A DNA stretch of 64,000 nt from a virus (Duplodnaviria; Heunggongvirae; Uroviricota; Caudoviricetes), in IMG/VR virus record IMGVR_UViG_3300021399_000097; one strand, 5' to 3'. Of the stretch, positions 34,401-47,200 are shown one piece after another. The translations under genes were made by a program, and so were the position numbers. Numbering within the stretch: the stretch's first letter is position 1; the number at the start of each line of letters is the position of its first letter. Under the pieces are notes generated by a model that saw only the letters and a program-made list of their open reading frames with translations, had not been told where the DNA came from and did no database searches.

Positions 34401-37036
34401 AGGGTGAAACTCCATTTAGATTAGTTCCTACTGACGTACAATGGAATAATATTGTTTATTCTGAATCTGCTTATCGCAAGTATAAAGATATTGATATAGA
34501 TGAAAATGATTAGACTAATAAGATTAGTTTAAACGAAATTGAAGAAATTACATTACGTAATTTAGGTGATATAGAGAAGATTACATTAGGTAATGGTGTT
34601 ATGGCAGAGATTACTTGTCAATTAAAAGTAGTTGATTATCTGCTTGAAGATACTGACCCAGATGTAAAACGAGCTAAAGATGCTTATAAAGGTACTGATG
34701 TAAATGGTAATCCTATTGGTGCTACAGCAGATATGGCAAATGCTTTATCTACCTATATGACAAAGTATAATGACATTCAAAAAGCTAGAAAAGAAATAAT
34801 AATTAAATAGGAATAGATTCAAACTATTCATGATTAGATATTAGAGTATTATAAAGCTATTGAAGAAACTGATAAACTGCGTAATGGTACATATAGACGT
34901 TTATAGAGCTATATGGAAGAATTATATTATGATATTCAAGGTACTAATTTGAATACAACTACTTATACAGACCCTTGGCATGAATAGAGATTAGGTGAAA
35001 TCTTTAAGTATTTGCGCGAATTAAAAAATACAGATGGTTCTCCTTATTGGCCATCAGATGGCAGAAACTTTGCCGGGTCTGTTTATAGATATCTTATTGA
35101 TAACAATGGTAATTATATATTGCAAGATGTTGCTAATAATAAACAGTATAATTTAAAAACTATTACAACATTAAATCCTGCTACATTTACACTATTATAG
35201 AGTGAAATTGTTCCTGAAACTGGTTTATACCGTTTTGCAAATGGTGATGAGATGAAAAAACAAATAAAACAAATTGCTTTTGATAGTTTAGATATTGATT
35301 AGCCTGGCTTATTAACAGATATGCGAAATATCTTTAAAACTATTTTGATTGGTTCTGCAGCTAGCGCAACTCGTGAGGCTAGTGTTATTGAACAAATAAA
35401 TAATCAAGTTCCAAAAACTGATTATGGTTTAGTCGTGCCAGGCACTCCATTTAGTGAAAATGAAGTATATTATAACAAAACTGAAGATGGCAAATTTGTT
35501 ATTAATAAGTATGTTAATATTGCAGTTTGGAATATGGATGTAAATCAATAGAAAGTTTATAAGTAGGGAACTACATATGGTGGTTATAAAAAATGGTTAA
35601 GAGAAAAGATTTTAGGTGTCCATGATGAAACTGGTGATATACCAGGGATGGCAGAAGCAGATGTATATTATTATTTACATCATTTTGATGTTTTACCAGA
35701 AGATTTAAGATATGAAGTATTAACTCCTGCTGAATATGGATAGATGTTCTTTATTGGTAATAAGGATTCTGATTATAATTGGACAGGTATTTATACCGAA
35801 GTTGGTAAACCAAATGAGTTCTTCTTTTTACAAGGAGATAATATTTATGCAGATACTAGTGAGTCTGGGCATGGGCTATTTCAAGGTTTGATTGTTGATT
35901 AGTATGATGAAGCTTTAGTTACATACAAAGAGTATAAAAGAATTAAAGATGAGTATGATGCTTTAAATGAATTATTCTCTTAGTATTCTACTTAGTATAT
36001 TTTAGTAACAAATGTAAATAGTTATAATGCTGCTACTAAATATTATAATAAGAGTGGAGATAACTATGTATATAATGCTACCTATGCTAATAATCAAACT
36101 GCTTGGACTGCAGCTGTTAATAATAGGCAAGTATATATTGAATCATAGAATTATTTAAAATCTCAACGATGGGACCTTTGGGAAGACACTAAAACTGAAG
36201 CAAAAGCAGAATAGGCTTATTGGTATGGAGTTATCAATGCTGGTGGTGTTGTTATTGATACTGGTAGTGAATATTTGGCTTAGATTGGTAAAGAAGCTGA
36301 AGTTGATGAATTATTAGCATATGCATAGAAACGTGTCTTAGCATGTTAGAGAATTATTGATACTTGCGAAAGCGCCATTGCGAATGAAAAAGATGCTTTT
36401 GACCAATATATTGATTTACGCAATAGAACTCAAAATGCAGAGACTGCCAGTACTAATTTATTAGCATAGCTTCGTTCTCAAATTAATGCTTATAAAGCCA
36501 GTGTAAATTATTATATGACTCACATTAGTCATTTAGAAAGTCAAGGTTCTACCTCTGAACTTACTTTAATTGAATTAGTTACACGATATTAGGCTATTAA
36601 AAATAGTGGATAGGGTGACAGCTATTTATTTAGAGAAGATGCTGCTTATTCTGAATTGGTTGAAGCTATTAGTGATTTTAATAAATATCTAAAATATATT
36701 AATGATATGGAATATCTACCAGACAATACTTCTACTGGTACAGGATAGCTAATAGCAGATTTTAATAGTACAGTTGAATTATGGGAAGAATTAAAGACTT
36801 TTACTACTTACTATGATAATAATGATATAAATAATCTTGGTTTAATTCAAATAGCTACCAAGAAGATTAGTGAATTAGAAGAAGAACTTGAAGAATTAAG
36901 CAAAATAGCAAATCAAGATATTGCAACTGAATTTGATAATGAAACGTATATTAATAAAATTAAAGATGCTCTTGCTACTTATCTATTTGCTTTAGGATTA
37001 GCTTATTTAAATAAAGTAGAAAGGAGATATGGTTAA
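31439..37036 (+). CDS. 1865-aa multidomain tail protein (FN3/Ig-like N-terminus, distal-tail-like middle, coiled-coil C-terminus)
   Basis: All fragments in one frame; YRYAIQQYN FN3-like strand; ETIGSKYPFIFRNG; TAATG overlap with the next gene. Confidence 0.75.
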
Positions 37037-39780
37037 TGCAAAATCCATTACTTGATACTTTATTTTTGCGCGAATTAGACCATAATCGTAATAGGACAAC
37101 TTTCGTACGACTTACTTCTTTAACACTTGACCAATATCCAATAGAACGGATAGAGGGCGTTGCTACAGGAGGTTCCATCACATTAGATGGGACCTCTAGT
37201 GTGCGGCGCATTTGCTAGTTAACTATGACAACTAAAAATCTTAATATTAATAATGTCTATTGGGGTATTACTACTCGTGTTAAAATTGAAATTGGTTTAT
37301 TAAATCAAATTAATCCAGCATATGATGATATTATTTGGTTTCCAATGGGAGTTTATATTTTAACAGACTTTAAAACTTCTTCTTAGGTTAATAACTATGT
37401 TATTACCTTAAGTGGAAAAGATAAGATGTGTTTGTTAAATGGTGATATCAGTGGAAACTTTAATGCTGAAACTGTCTTAGGTTCAGAAGAAGTAGAACAA
37501 GAAGATGGAACTCATAGCCGAGAAAAACGTTCTATTCCATACATTATTCGTGAAATGATACATCGTTATGCTTAGGAACCTTATGAGAATATTGTTATTA
37601 AAGATATTGATTAGCTAGGTCTTGAAATATTAAGAAATAGAACTGGTAATACCTTATATTTAGTTCAAGAAGCTGACACTGGCGAATATGTTGATATTAT
37701 AGACCCAGGAAAAACAGTAGCTAATCATTCTTATTTATATTATGGTTTTTCTATTGACGTTGATTTTACAAAATTAAAAAATGATTTTATCTTTGCCAAA
37801 AGAGTAGAAGAAGATGATGTTGGATTATTAGACCCAACACAAGTGGATGTTCCTACGTATATTGGTTATTATAATCCAGAAATTGATGATTATGTAAAAT
37901 GTGTGGTATTAGCTATTGAAGATTAGAAGGATATTGGCTATTATGCTAGAGAATTAACTTACCCAGATGAAGATTTGATAGCTGGTATTAACGAAACCGT
38001 TACTTCTGTTTTAGATAAAATTATTAATATATTTGGTGCTTATGAATATTTTTATAATATTGAGGGCCAATTTGTATTTCAAGCAAAAAAGACTTATGTT
38101 AATACTCCTTGGAATAATATAATTTTTGGAGATAATGACACTTATGTTGAGCCTGCAGCTGTTTCATAGTTAGTTCAATATAGTTTTGAAGGCAGTAATT
38201 TAACTACTGCTTATTAGAATACTCCAAAAATTGGTGATATTAAAAATGACTATACGGTTTGGGGGAAGAAACGATTACCTGTTTCTGGAGTAGAGTATCC
38301 TATTCATATGCGTTATGCTATTGATATTAAACCTTAGTTTTATGGGGGATTTAAAAAAGCAATTAAGACAAATGCTGCATCAGATGAAGAAAGAACCTTT
38401 AGCTATTATCAAGAGATTTATACTACTAAAGAGTATTATGATGAATATTTAGCGCCTATAATTGAAAAGAAAGAAAAAGAGAATACTTCAACTACCATTA
38501 AAGTTAATGGAAAAGAAATTGAGAAAACTCCTGTGCCTTAGTGGTTACGTGAGGCTACTTTAGCGCAAGGGGAAAATCCTGATGAAGTATGGTGGACTGT
38601 ATTAGATTGGGCTGAATATTATAAAGCATTAGTTGGTTCTTATCCCGAAGGCCAATTAAGATAGTATGGTACTGCTGGTTTCTTTGGAGATATTACTACA
38701 CCAAATGGGACTACAACTCATTTACGTAATTAGTCTATTTTTGATATTGAAAAAGCGACTGGTAATTTATATTATGGAGCTGTTCCAGCAATTTATCCAT
38801 ATTATGCATCTCAAAGATGGAATCCTACACAGCATGGTTATAGAGGTTGTACTCATACTTATGAATATTTTATGAAATTAGATACTCTTTGTAATCTTGA
38901 CAGTTGGATATATAAACCACATTTACCAGGTGATTTAGCTATATATGAAGAATTAAAATATGATGGAAAATATAGATTCTTCCAAGTTGATTGGCGTGAA
39001 ATTATTTATCAAATGGCAAATGATTATTTATTACATAATCATGAAGATGATTTTTATGTTAATATTCATCAAAATAATCATATCCCAGAGTTTGACATTG
39101 ACTAGTTTTAGAATGGTAAAACAGGTTATGAATAGTATTATCATGATTTACATGGTTTCTGGCGACAATTATATGCACCAGAAAATGTTTATAACTGGGA
39201 TAAAAATCCATTAGGTTTAGAGGAAGAGGTATATAATGAAGATGGATGGAATAAAGATATTATTGATGACCCTTCAGCACTAATCTTTTGGTTTGATTTC
39301 TTTGATGCTGAAAGTTTAGGTATAGGTTCATTCTCTGTCCCAGCTATTGGTGACCGGCCTAAAGTTGTTAATAAAGATACCATAAGAGTTATAATTTATG
39401 AAGATGTTCCAGATGTCGTTTTAATAACTAAAGAGATGTATGATTCATACACAGCTAATTAGTTACCATCTGGATACAGTTATATTGTTAGTGATGATTT
39501 CTAGCAATATTTTGATGATAATAAATTATCTATATCAACTCGTAGTGTATCAGCGCATGATGAAATTGATAATTTATTATATAGTTATGGTTATTGTAAT
39601 GAAAATGTAACATTAACATCAATTCCTATTTATTATTTAGAGCCTAATACAATTATTTCGGCAAAAGATGAGTAGAGAACGGTTAATGGTTACTATATTT
39701 TAAATAAATGCACTATTCCATTAAAGTATAATGGAACAATGTAGATTACGGCAGTAAAAGTGCCTGAACGTGTATATTGA
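37036..39780 (+). CDS. 914-aa putative baseplate hub / Tal-like protein
   Basis: GSITLDGTSSVRRIC N-terminus; C-terminal SITLTSIPIYYLEPNTII...GYYILNKCTIPL; position. Confidence 0.7.
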
Positions 39781-39799
39781 TAAAGGAGGAAAAGGAATA

Positions 39800-40168
39800 A
39801 TGGCAACAAAAATAAAATAGTTAAGATTTTATAATGCCGAAGCTGACTCTGCCGGAAACATTATATCAAATCCAAATAATGCACCAAGTGGAGTTAGTTA
39901 TAAATACTATTGTGATGACACAAGTTTTAGATATTTTGCTCCTATTTATTAGTTAGGTATCCAAACTTTACCTGGGACAAAAGTTTATTTTAATCAAAGC
40001 ACTACACCTGTTATTATTGGGTCTTCTGGTGTTTATGAATTAGATTTAACTAATACTACTGCTATTTTAAATAGTATTAGAATTGATCCAGAAAGTATGT
40101 AGACAATTAATGATTTACCAAATGGTTATTTAATTGTTGATTTAGTATATGGCGGGGAGGGTACATAA
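39800..40168 (+). CDS. 122-aa hypothetical tail-region protein, absent from the ORF track
   Basis: RBS, 3 TAGs read through, TAATG overlap with the next gene. Confidence 0.7.
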
Positions 40169-41412
40169 TGAGTTTATATGGAAATGTAAAACGAGTTGGT
40201 ACTAGTCAATTTCAATTTGATAGAGAATATAAATCAAGAGTTGAAATGGAAGCACAATGCACCACTGATGGAGTTTATATTGGTCGCTATGTATTGATAA
40301 ATTATGGCAATAATGGTATTCGTTATGAAAAGAAAAAAGCTCCTGGTGGCGGGGATATGACAATGGTTCAAGATGGATAGGTTTATTATTATATCCAATA
40401 GACAGAGGAATATTCTCAAAGCTTAAATGAAGACCTTGAAGCATTTGGTGCCGTTTATGATTCAACAGTTTGGCAAAAGATTTATACTTTAACCGAAGGT
40501 GAAAAGTATATTATGATTGCTGAATTAAATGCAATGGCCCCAAGATTTGAAATTGATATTAATGAGCCTTTATTATATAAATATGCTGACAATGCTGCTG
40601 ATGCAGAAGAAGTGTATGTTTTAAAGGAACAGAACGGCGAGACTGTTCCAGTATTACTTCCTAGAGTGCAGGTTGACTATGTTCAACCTGCATTTGATGA
40701 AGCCAAGAGCACTGAATCTTCTTACTTCTTAAAGATGCCAAGGTCTGTTGAATTAGCTGCAGATGAGCAAGATATTAATTATAATCGTAATGGATTTAAT
40801 GTTGTTTATAATGTAGGCAAAGGAACTAATGATTATCATTCTTATATTCATTGGATTCCAGAAGGGCTTGCCGCAGAAGATGTAGATTAGTCAGGAGACT
40901 CAAAATTAGTTAATAAGAAAAAGTTAGTCATTAATTTACCTGCTTTTGGTAATGTTATGTCAGAACTTTATGACTTATTATATGGTGTGCCTGGTAATGA
41001 TGGAACTAATGTGCGCCCATTCTTTAAAAAGTATTGGGAAGCAGCTAGCGCATTAAATGGTTCTGATTTAACTATTGATACAGATGACGAATCTTGGTTA
41101 TCTTCAGTTCCTAGTATTGGAGGCTTTTTAGCTAATAATACAGAAGGCTTAACTGGATTATTACGTAGCTTATATACCTATCCAGACCCATTAAGTGGTA
41201 AAGTTAGATATTATCTGCAATGTGATTGGACAACAACTTATAATGAGAACTCTAATGCTGCTTTTATTGACCACAAACCAGAAACAGTAGGTTATGCTTA
41301 TACTACTACAACAACAGATTCTACTGGTGCTACTGTTAAGACTACGGCAATTACACCTTCTCATTGTTATATTGACTTTGATGCTTGGAAACTCATAGAC
41401 AATTTAAGTTAA
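40168..41412 (+). CDS. 414-aa hypothetical tail-region protein
   Basis: Three ORF-track fragments in one frame. Confidence 0.75.
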
Positions 41413-41479
41413 TCCATATACTTAAAAAAATGAATAATAATGGATAAAAAACTTTTAGAGGAAGGAGAAAAGGTAAAAG

Positions 41480-42463
41480 ATGGCAGTTAATTTTGTTAAA
41501 TTTGAACGTGGTTTAAAATCTATTTTTGATAGACGTAAGACCGCGGGTAATTTAGACGAAAATACTTTGTATTTTGTATATGAAAGACAAAATGCTCCTG
41601 AAGAAGGCGGTTTGCTTTATTTAGGGTCTCGTTTAATTGGTGGTACTGGTTTTTCATCTGTTGCGAATTTAAATGACTTAGCAGATGTGGATTTATCAGA
41701 TGCTACTTTAGCCGATGGGATGTTACTTCATTATGAAATAGAAAGCCAAACTTGGAAGCCTATTTCAATTGTAACTGCTTTAGAAAATGCTGGATTTACT
41801 CCAGGTGGTAGCAGTAGTTCTAGTAATGATAGAGTAATTGCTGGAACAAAAAATGATGGAGAAAGTATTTCTCAAGCTCTTGACCGTATAGTAAGTAATC
41901 CTGTTCAAGGTGATATCGCTATTGTTAGTGGTGAGCCCTATGCTTATACTGGGTCAAATTGGGCATCTTTAACAAGTCAAAGTGTATTAGACAGAATTGA
42001 TACATTAGAGACTGATGTATCAAGTTTAAAGTCTGAAGTCCAAGCAATTAGACAAGATGTTTTAAATAATAATCATTTATCATATCAAGTATTAGGTCCA
42101 GATGAAACATTGGAAAACTTAGATACTACTGTTGAGAATATCAATAGTACAGTATTTTTAGTTCCTAATGGCTCTGAAGATACCAGTAATAAATATGATG
42201 AATATATGTATGTTAATTCTAATTTTGAAAAATTAGGAAAATGGAGTGTTAATTTAAGTGATTATGTTAGACAAGATGAAATTGATGGCTTAATCACAAA
42301 TAATCTTCAAAGTAATTATGTTCTTCTCTCTAAATTTAATAGCGAAGTAGGAGATATTAGTAATTTACGTGCCGTTACAGGTGATAATACTTCTACTATC
42401 GCAGATGAATTAGCTGATGTTTATGCTCGGTTAATTTGGAATGAAATTACTTCTGGTGAATAA
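41480..42463 (+). CDS. 327-aa tail fibre-type protein, TAG-free
   Basis: N-terminal FxRG..LYF motif; LNDLADVDLSDATLADGMLLHY..W fibre repeat; KYDEYMYV..EKLG module. Confidence 0.7.
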   Translation: MAVNFVKFERGLKSIFDRRKTAGNLDENTLYFVYERQNAPEEGGLLYLGSRLIGGTGFSSVANLNDLADVDLSDATLADGMLLHYEIESQTWKPISIVTALENAGFTPGGSSSSSNDRVIAGTKNDGESISQALDRIVSNPVQGDIAIVSGEPYAYTGSNWASLTSQSVLDRIDTLETDVSSLKSEVQAIRQDVLNNNHLSYQVLGPDETLENLDTTVENINSTVFLVPNGSEDTSNKYDEYMYVNSNFEKLGKWSVNLSDYVRQDEIDGLITNNLQSNYVLLSKFNSEVGDISNLRAVTGDNTSTIADELADVYARLIWNEITSGE

Positions 42464-42480
42464 AGAAAGGGGAAAAAATA

Positions 42481-44163
42481 ATGAGCGTAAAGGTAAACTT
42501 TAAAAGAGGCTCTCAATCTAGTATTAATACTTTATTAAATGGTAGTGGTAATAGATTTACAGAGGGTACTTTTTATTTAACTAATGATACTAATAGATTA
42601 TATTTCGCACAGGCTGCTGATAAGCTTGTTGACCTTAACCAATATATTAGAATTAAAGCTTTAGCAAGTTTAGGTGACCTTCCTAATAGTGGTACTTCTG
42701 GATATGAAAATCTTCAAGCTGGTGATATGTACTATTGGGAAAATCAGAATGTATTAGCAATTTGCAAAAATCCAACCGCAGGTACTTGGGTACAGTTAAA
42801 CCCAGATACTAAATTAAGCGCAAGCAACAATGCTATTAATGTTTCTGATAGTTCAGGTACAGTTACTATCGCTATGGCAGTTTCTGATACTGCAACCAAT
42901 AGCGCTTCTGGTAACTTCTCAATTCAAGGTGGTAGTAATGTAACTGTTTCCCGCAGTGGTAATACAATTACTATTGAGTCTTAGAATGACAATGACAATA
43001 CTACTTATACTCTTGGCACTACTGAAGATGCTACTGCAGGTGTTATTAGTTTAACTCCTTCTACTGGGACAAAGCAGAATATTACTATTGCTGCTGGTCC
43101 TGGTATGGCTGTTACTAGCAACGACGCTGGTACAATCACTATTGGTACAGCTTCTGGCGCACAGGGTATTAAAGGTGTAAGTAATGCTTTCGGTCCTAAT
43201 GGTGCTTTCATTACAACACTTGAAGGTGTTTCTACAGACATTAATAGTGATGCTGTAACTCCTATTATTGCTTATGGTACTGGTTACAGCACTACAGCTG
43301 CTTTTGCTAGCGGCACTGCTCAACTTGATGTTTACACTAAAACTCAGGTTGATGATAAAATTGCCGCAGAGTTAAAAGGCTTTGATGCTATGGAATATGC
43401 TGGTACTGTTACTCAAGCAACAGCTGCTAGCAAATTAGTCGCTACTGAAGTTGCAGGCGAAAGTCCAAAAGTTGGTACAACTTATAAAGCAGCAGGCAAC
43501 ATCAATAATGTTAACGGTGTTACCGCAAAGACCGGTGACTTAATCATTGCTTCTGGCACTGATGGTAATGTAGAATGGGAAGTTGTTCCTTCTGGCGATG
43601 AGCAGACTATTACTGGTGCGGCCGAGGGTAATGGTATTACTATTTCTGATGGTGCTGGCGTTATTGCTGGTATTGGAGTAAATGGTAGCTCTAATACTTA
43701 TGGTACTATCTCTGTTACTCCTAGTATTTCTAGTGGTTATAATACATTAACAGTGGCTCACGGAGCTGCCGGCACTGGCACTGCTATTACAGTTGAAGCT
43801 GCTGATGTTAATACTACTCAAAGTGCAAGCAAGAAACAAGTTACTATTCCAGTAGTAACAAGTATTTCTAAGGATGCCGCAGGCCACGTTACTGCTGTTA
43901 GCGCACAAAACTATGTATTAAATGATAGCCATGCTAACATTGAAAATGTAATTGTTGGTATCAATACTGCTGCTAATAGTTCTACTGATTCTAGTGCTGG
44001 TGGTACAGCAACAGTTGCAATTACTGTTCAAGATAGCGATAATGCTTCTTCAACTGGTAATTTCAAAATCTCTTCCAGCAACTTAGAAGTTACAACTCCT
44101 GCCCTTGAAGCTGGTAGCAACACTTACTCTGTCAATATTGATTTAGTATGGGGTAGCTTCTAA
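42481..44163 (+). CDS. 560-aa Thr/Ala/Ser/Gly-rich tail fibre-type protein (1 TAG)
   Basis: VNFKRG..EGTFYLTNDTNRLYF N-terminus; beta-rich low-complexity body. Confidence 0.75.
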
Positions 44164-44225
44164 TTAAAGGACAGAATTGGTTAACTGATTTCTTTTGATT
44201 TTTATATTCCATTGAAGGAATATTT

Positions 44226-44262
44226 AATAAGGGTAAGGTATATATTCCTTACCCTTATTTTT
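44226..44262 (+). terminator. Hairpin, probable terminator
   Basis: AATAAGGGTAAGG / CCTTACCCTTATT stem plus T-run. Confidence 0.75.
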
Positions 44263-44293
44263 ATTATATTAATTGGAGAAAGGAGTATATATA

Positions 44294-47200
44294 ATGGCAG
44301 AAATATTTCAACCTGTAAGAGGTACGGAAAGCGCAATTAGTTAGTTACCAATCCGTGAAGGTTATGTCTATTTTGCTTATGATAGCGGTAATATTTACCT
44401 TGATAAGCAAGGAACGCGCTATACCATTGGTGGTGGCGCATCTGGCATTGCTTATACCGCAGGTAATGTAAATACAATTATTAAAAACTCACCTGATGAT
44501 ACGGATTACCATTATACTATCAAATATGCTGCTTTAGAAGATACTACTGTCACATTAAAACCAGATACTCTTATATTAAATGCTGATGGCAGATTTTTCA
44601 GAGTATTATCAGCCGACCCAGCGTCTCAAGAAATCCAAGCTGTGTTACTTGCAGTAAGCGGAACCGGAGGAGGCTCTGGTGGTGGTGGAGGCGGCGGAGA
44701 AAGTCCATCAAGGACTGATGTAGCTTTAGATTTCAATACCAATACTATTAATTCTTATATGACTTTTGTTTATGGGCAAGATTCTGATGCAGAGTTTACT
44801 CCAAAAGCCGAATATGATAATTATGTTAATTTATTATTTGAAGTTGTAAATGCTACAACTAATGAAAAAGTTTTTGAGACTTAGGCAATTGGAGTGCCAG
44901 TTAATAAAGTCTATAAGTTTAATATGGGTCAAATCCCTTCTGGGGAAAACCTGTTAATGACTGTAACTTTAATTTCTCCAAATAGCTTATCCCATCCTAC
45001 TGGTTTTAGAAAACAATTTACTGGATTAAATATTGTTGAATTAGGTATTGCAAAAGATAATTCACAGTTAACAAATACAGTTTTAAATGGCGCAGCTACC
45101 GTTAACTACTTTATTAAAGGTGGTAATAGTTTAGCATTAACTATTTATCCTTCTATTGATGGTATATTAGCAGATAACTTAGTAGCAAGTGTTAATCCAG
45201 GCACTACAGTGCGCTCAGTGCGTATTCCGGCTCAACCTCATGGTGTTCATACTGTTTCTTTAAAACTTGGTGCCGCAATTAGAGGTAATGTTGTTTATAG
45301 TGATGAAATCACTTATGAATTGGCATGGGCCGACCCTAATGAATCAACTCCATTGATTTGGGTGCAAGAATATGCTGATACTGTTATTCAATATGAGAAA
45401 TGCGTTATTAAATATATGGTTTATGACCCAGCTAAAGTTGCTACTGGTTCAAGAGCTGAAGTTCAGTTAATTGATAGTATTCTTAATGAAGAAATTGCTA
45501 CAGTTTATCCACAATATTCTTCTAGTTCTATTGATTGGTTAACTTGGGACTTAACTGAAAGCTATCATGTTGGCGCAAACCGTTTCCTTATTCAGTGTGG
45601 AACTGAAAATAAAGAAATTAACTTTAATGTTACTACAGAAGGGTCAAGAGACTTAGGTCTTGTTGATTCTGGCGCATTGATTTTAAACCTTTCTTCTGCT
45701 GGTCGTTCTAATGAAGAATCTGCCGCAAAGAGAGCTGCTTGGGGTTATAATTATGAAGATGAAATTATAACTACTACTACTTTTAAAGATTTTAACTGGT
45801 ATAACAATGGTTGGAAAAATGATAATGATGGAGCAGGTTCCTATTTATCTGTTGCTAATGGTGCTTCGGCAGATATTAACTTCACAACCATGGGCTTTAA
45901 TACTTAGAATCAATCTTATACTATTGAGTTAAGATTTAGAGTAAAAAATATTCAAGAGTATTCTACATTAGTTAAAACTTTACCATATTACTTTGTTCTT
46001 GATGAGAATGGAGTCCAGATGGAGAACTCCATGTATATTGAAGATATCAAGGCACAAGGATTAACAATTGCCACTGATAAAGATGGTAACTGGATTATGG
46101 ATGAAGCTAATTCTCCAAAGATTACTGAGCATGAAAAGGGCGTTTGCTTTAAGTATTATGATGAACAGACCAAACAAGGTTTATTCGTAGGTACTCAAGA
46201 AGCATATTTCAAAACTCCTGATACCACAGTTAACGTGCGTTATAAAGAAGATGAAATTATTAGTTTAACCATTACTGCAGAAGCAGGTGGATTATTATCA
46301 CTTTACTTAAATGGTATCTTAAGTGGTGCTGTTAGTATTGGTAATAATGGATTTACTCCTAATACTAATAAGTTTGAAATTAACTCTAAGTATTGTGACT
46401 TTGATATCTATAAACTTCGTGTTTATAGAGGTACAAATATCAAACCTTTAACAATGCCAGAAGTTATTCATAACTATATTTCTGATATTCATGATTTAAC
46501 TCTTTATGACCAGAACCAATTAACTAAAGATGATGATGCAACTGCTTTATCATTAGGTAAAATTAAAGCATATAATGATTTAATTATTTCTAACTTAGAA
46601 ACTCGTAGGAATCAAGGTCAAGTATTACTTGAAGAAGATTTTAATGCTTTAATGATGCCTTATGCGGTCATTGAAATTATTGATAATGATACTTCAATGC
46701 GCGACCCAACTAAGACATAGAGACGTACTGATGATGACCGTTTACCATATATTAAAGATGGTAATCGTTATTGTAAGATTACATTTGTTAATGCTGTTGC
46801 AGATGCTTTATTAGAGTTTGGTATGATAAATGAGGAAACTTATTATAGTCATTGCCCGAGCTATGTATGTATTGGCGCAGATATTAACGTTCAGGGTACT
46901 TCTTCACAAGGTTATCCTCGTCGTAACTTTAAGACCAAAATGAAGAGTGCTACTGGTAAGAAAGACGCTGAAAAAGTTACCCATGATGATTGGGGTTGGT
47001 TCTATACTAAAGGTTCTAAAGCTGGTAAAAGCTTTAAAAAGTGGAGTGTTGATAATAACTATGCTGCCACTAATAAGTTCACTTGGAAGATTGACTTTAT
47101 GGAGTCTTCTGGAACTTACAATACTGGTTTTGCTAACTTGATGGGTAAAATGTATGATTATCATCCATTAAATGATTATAACTTTGATGGTGTTTCTACT

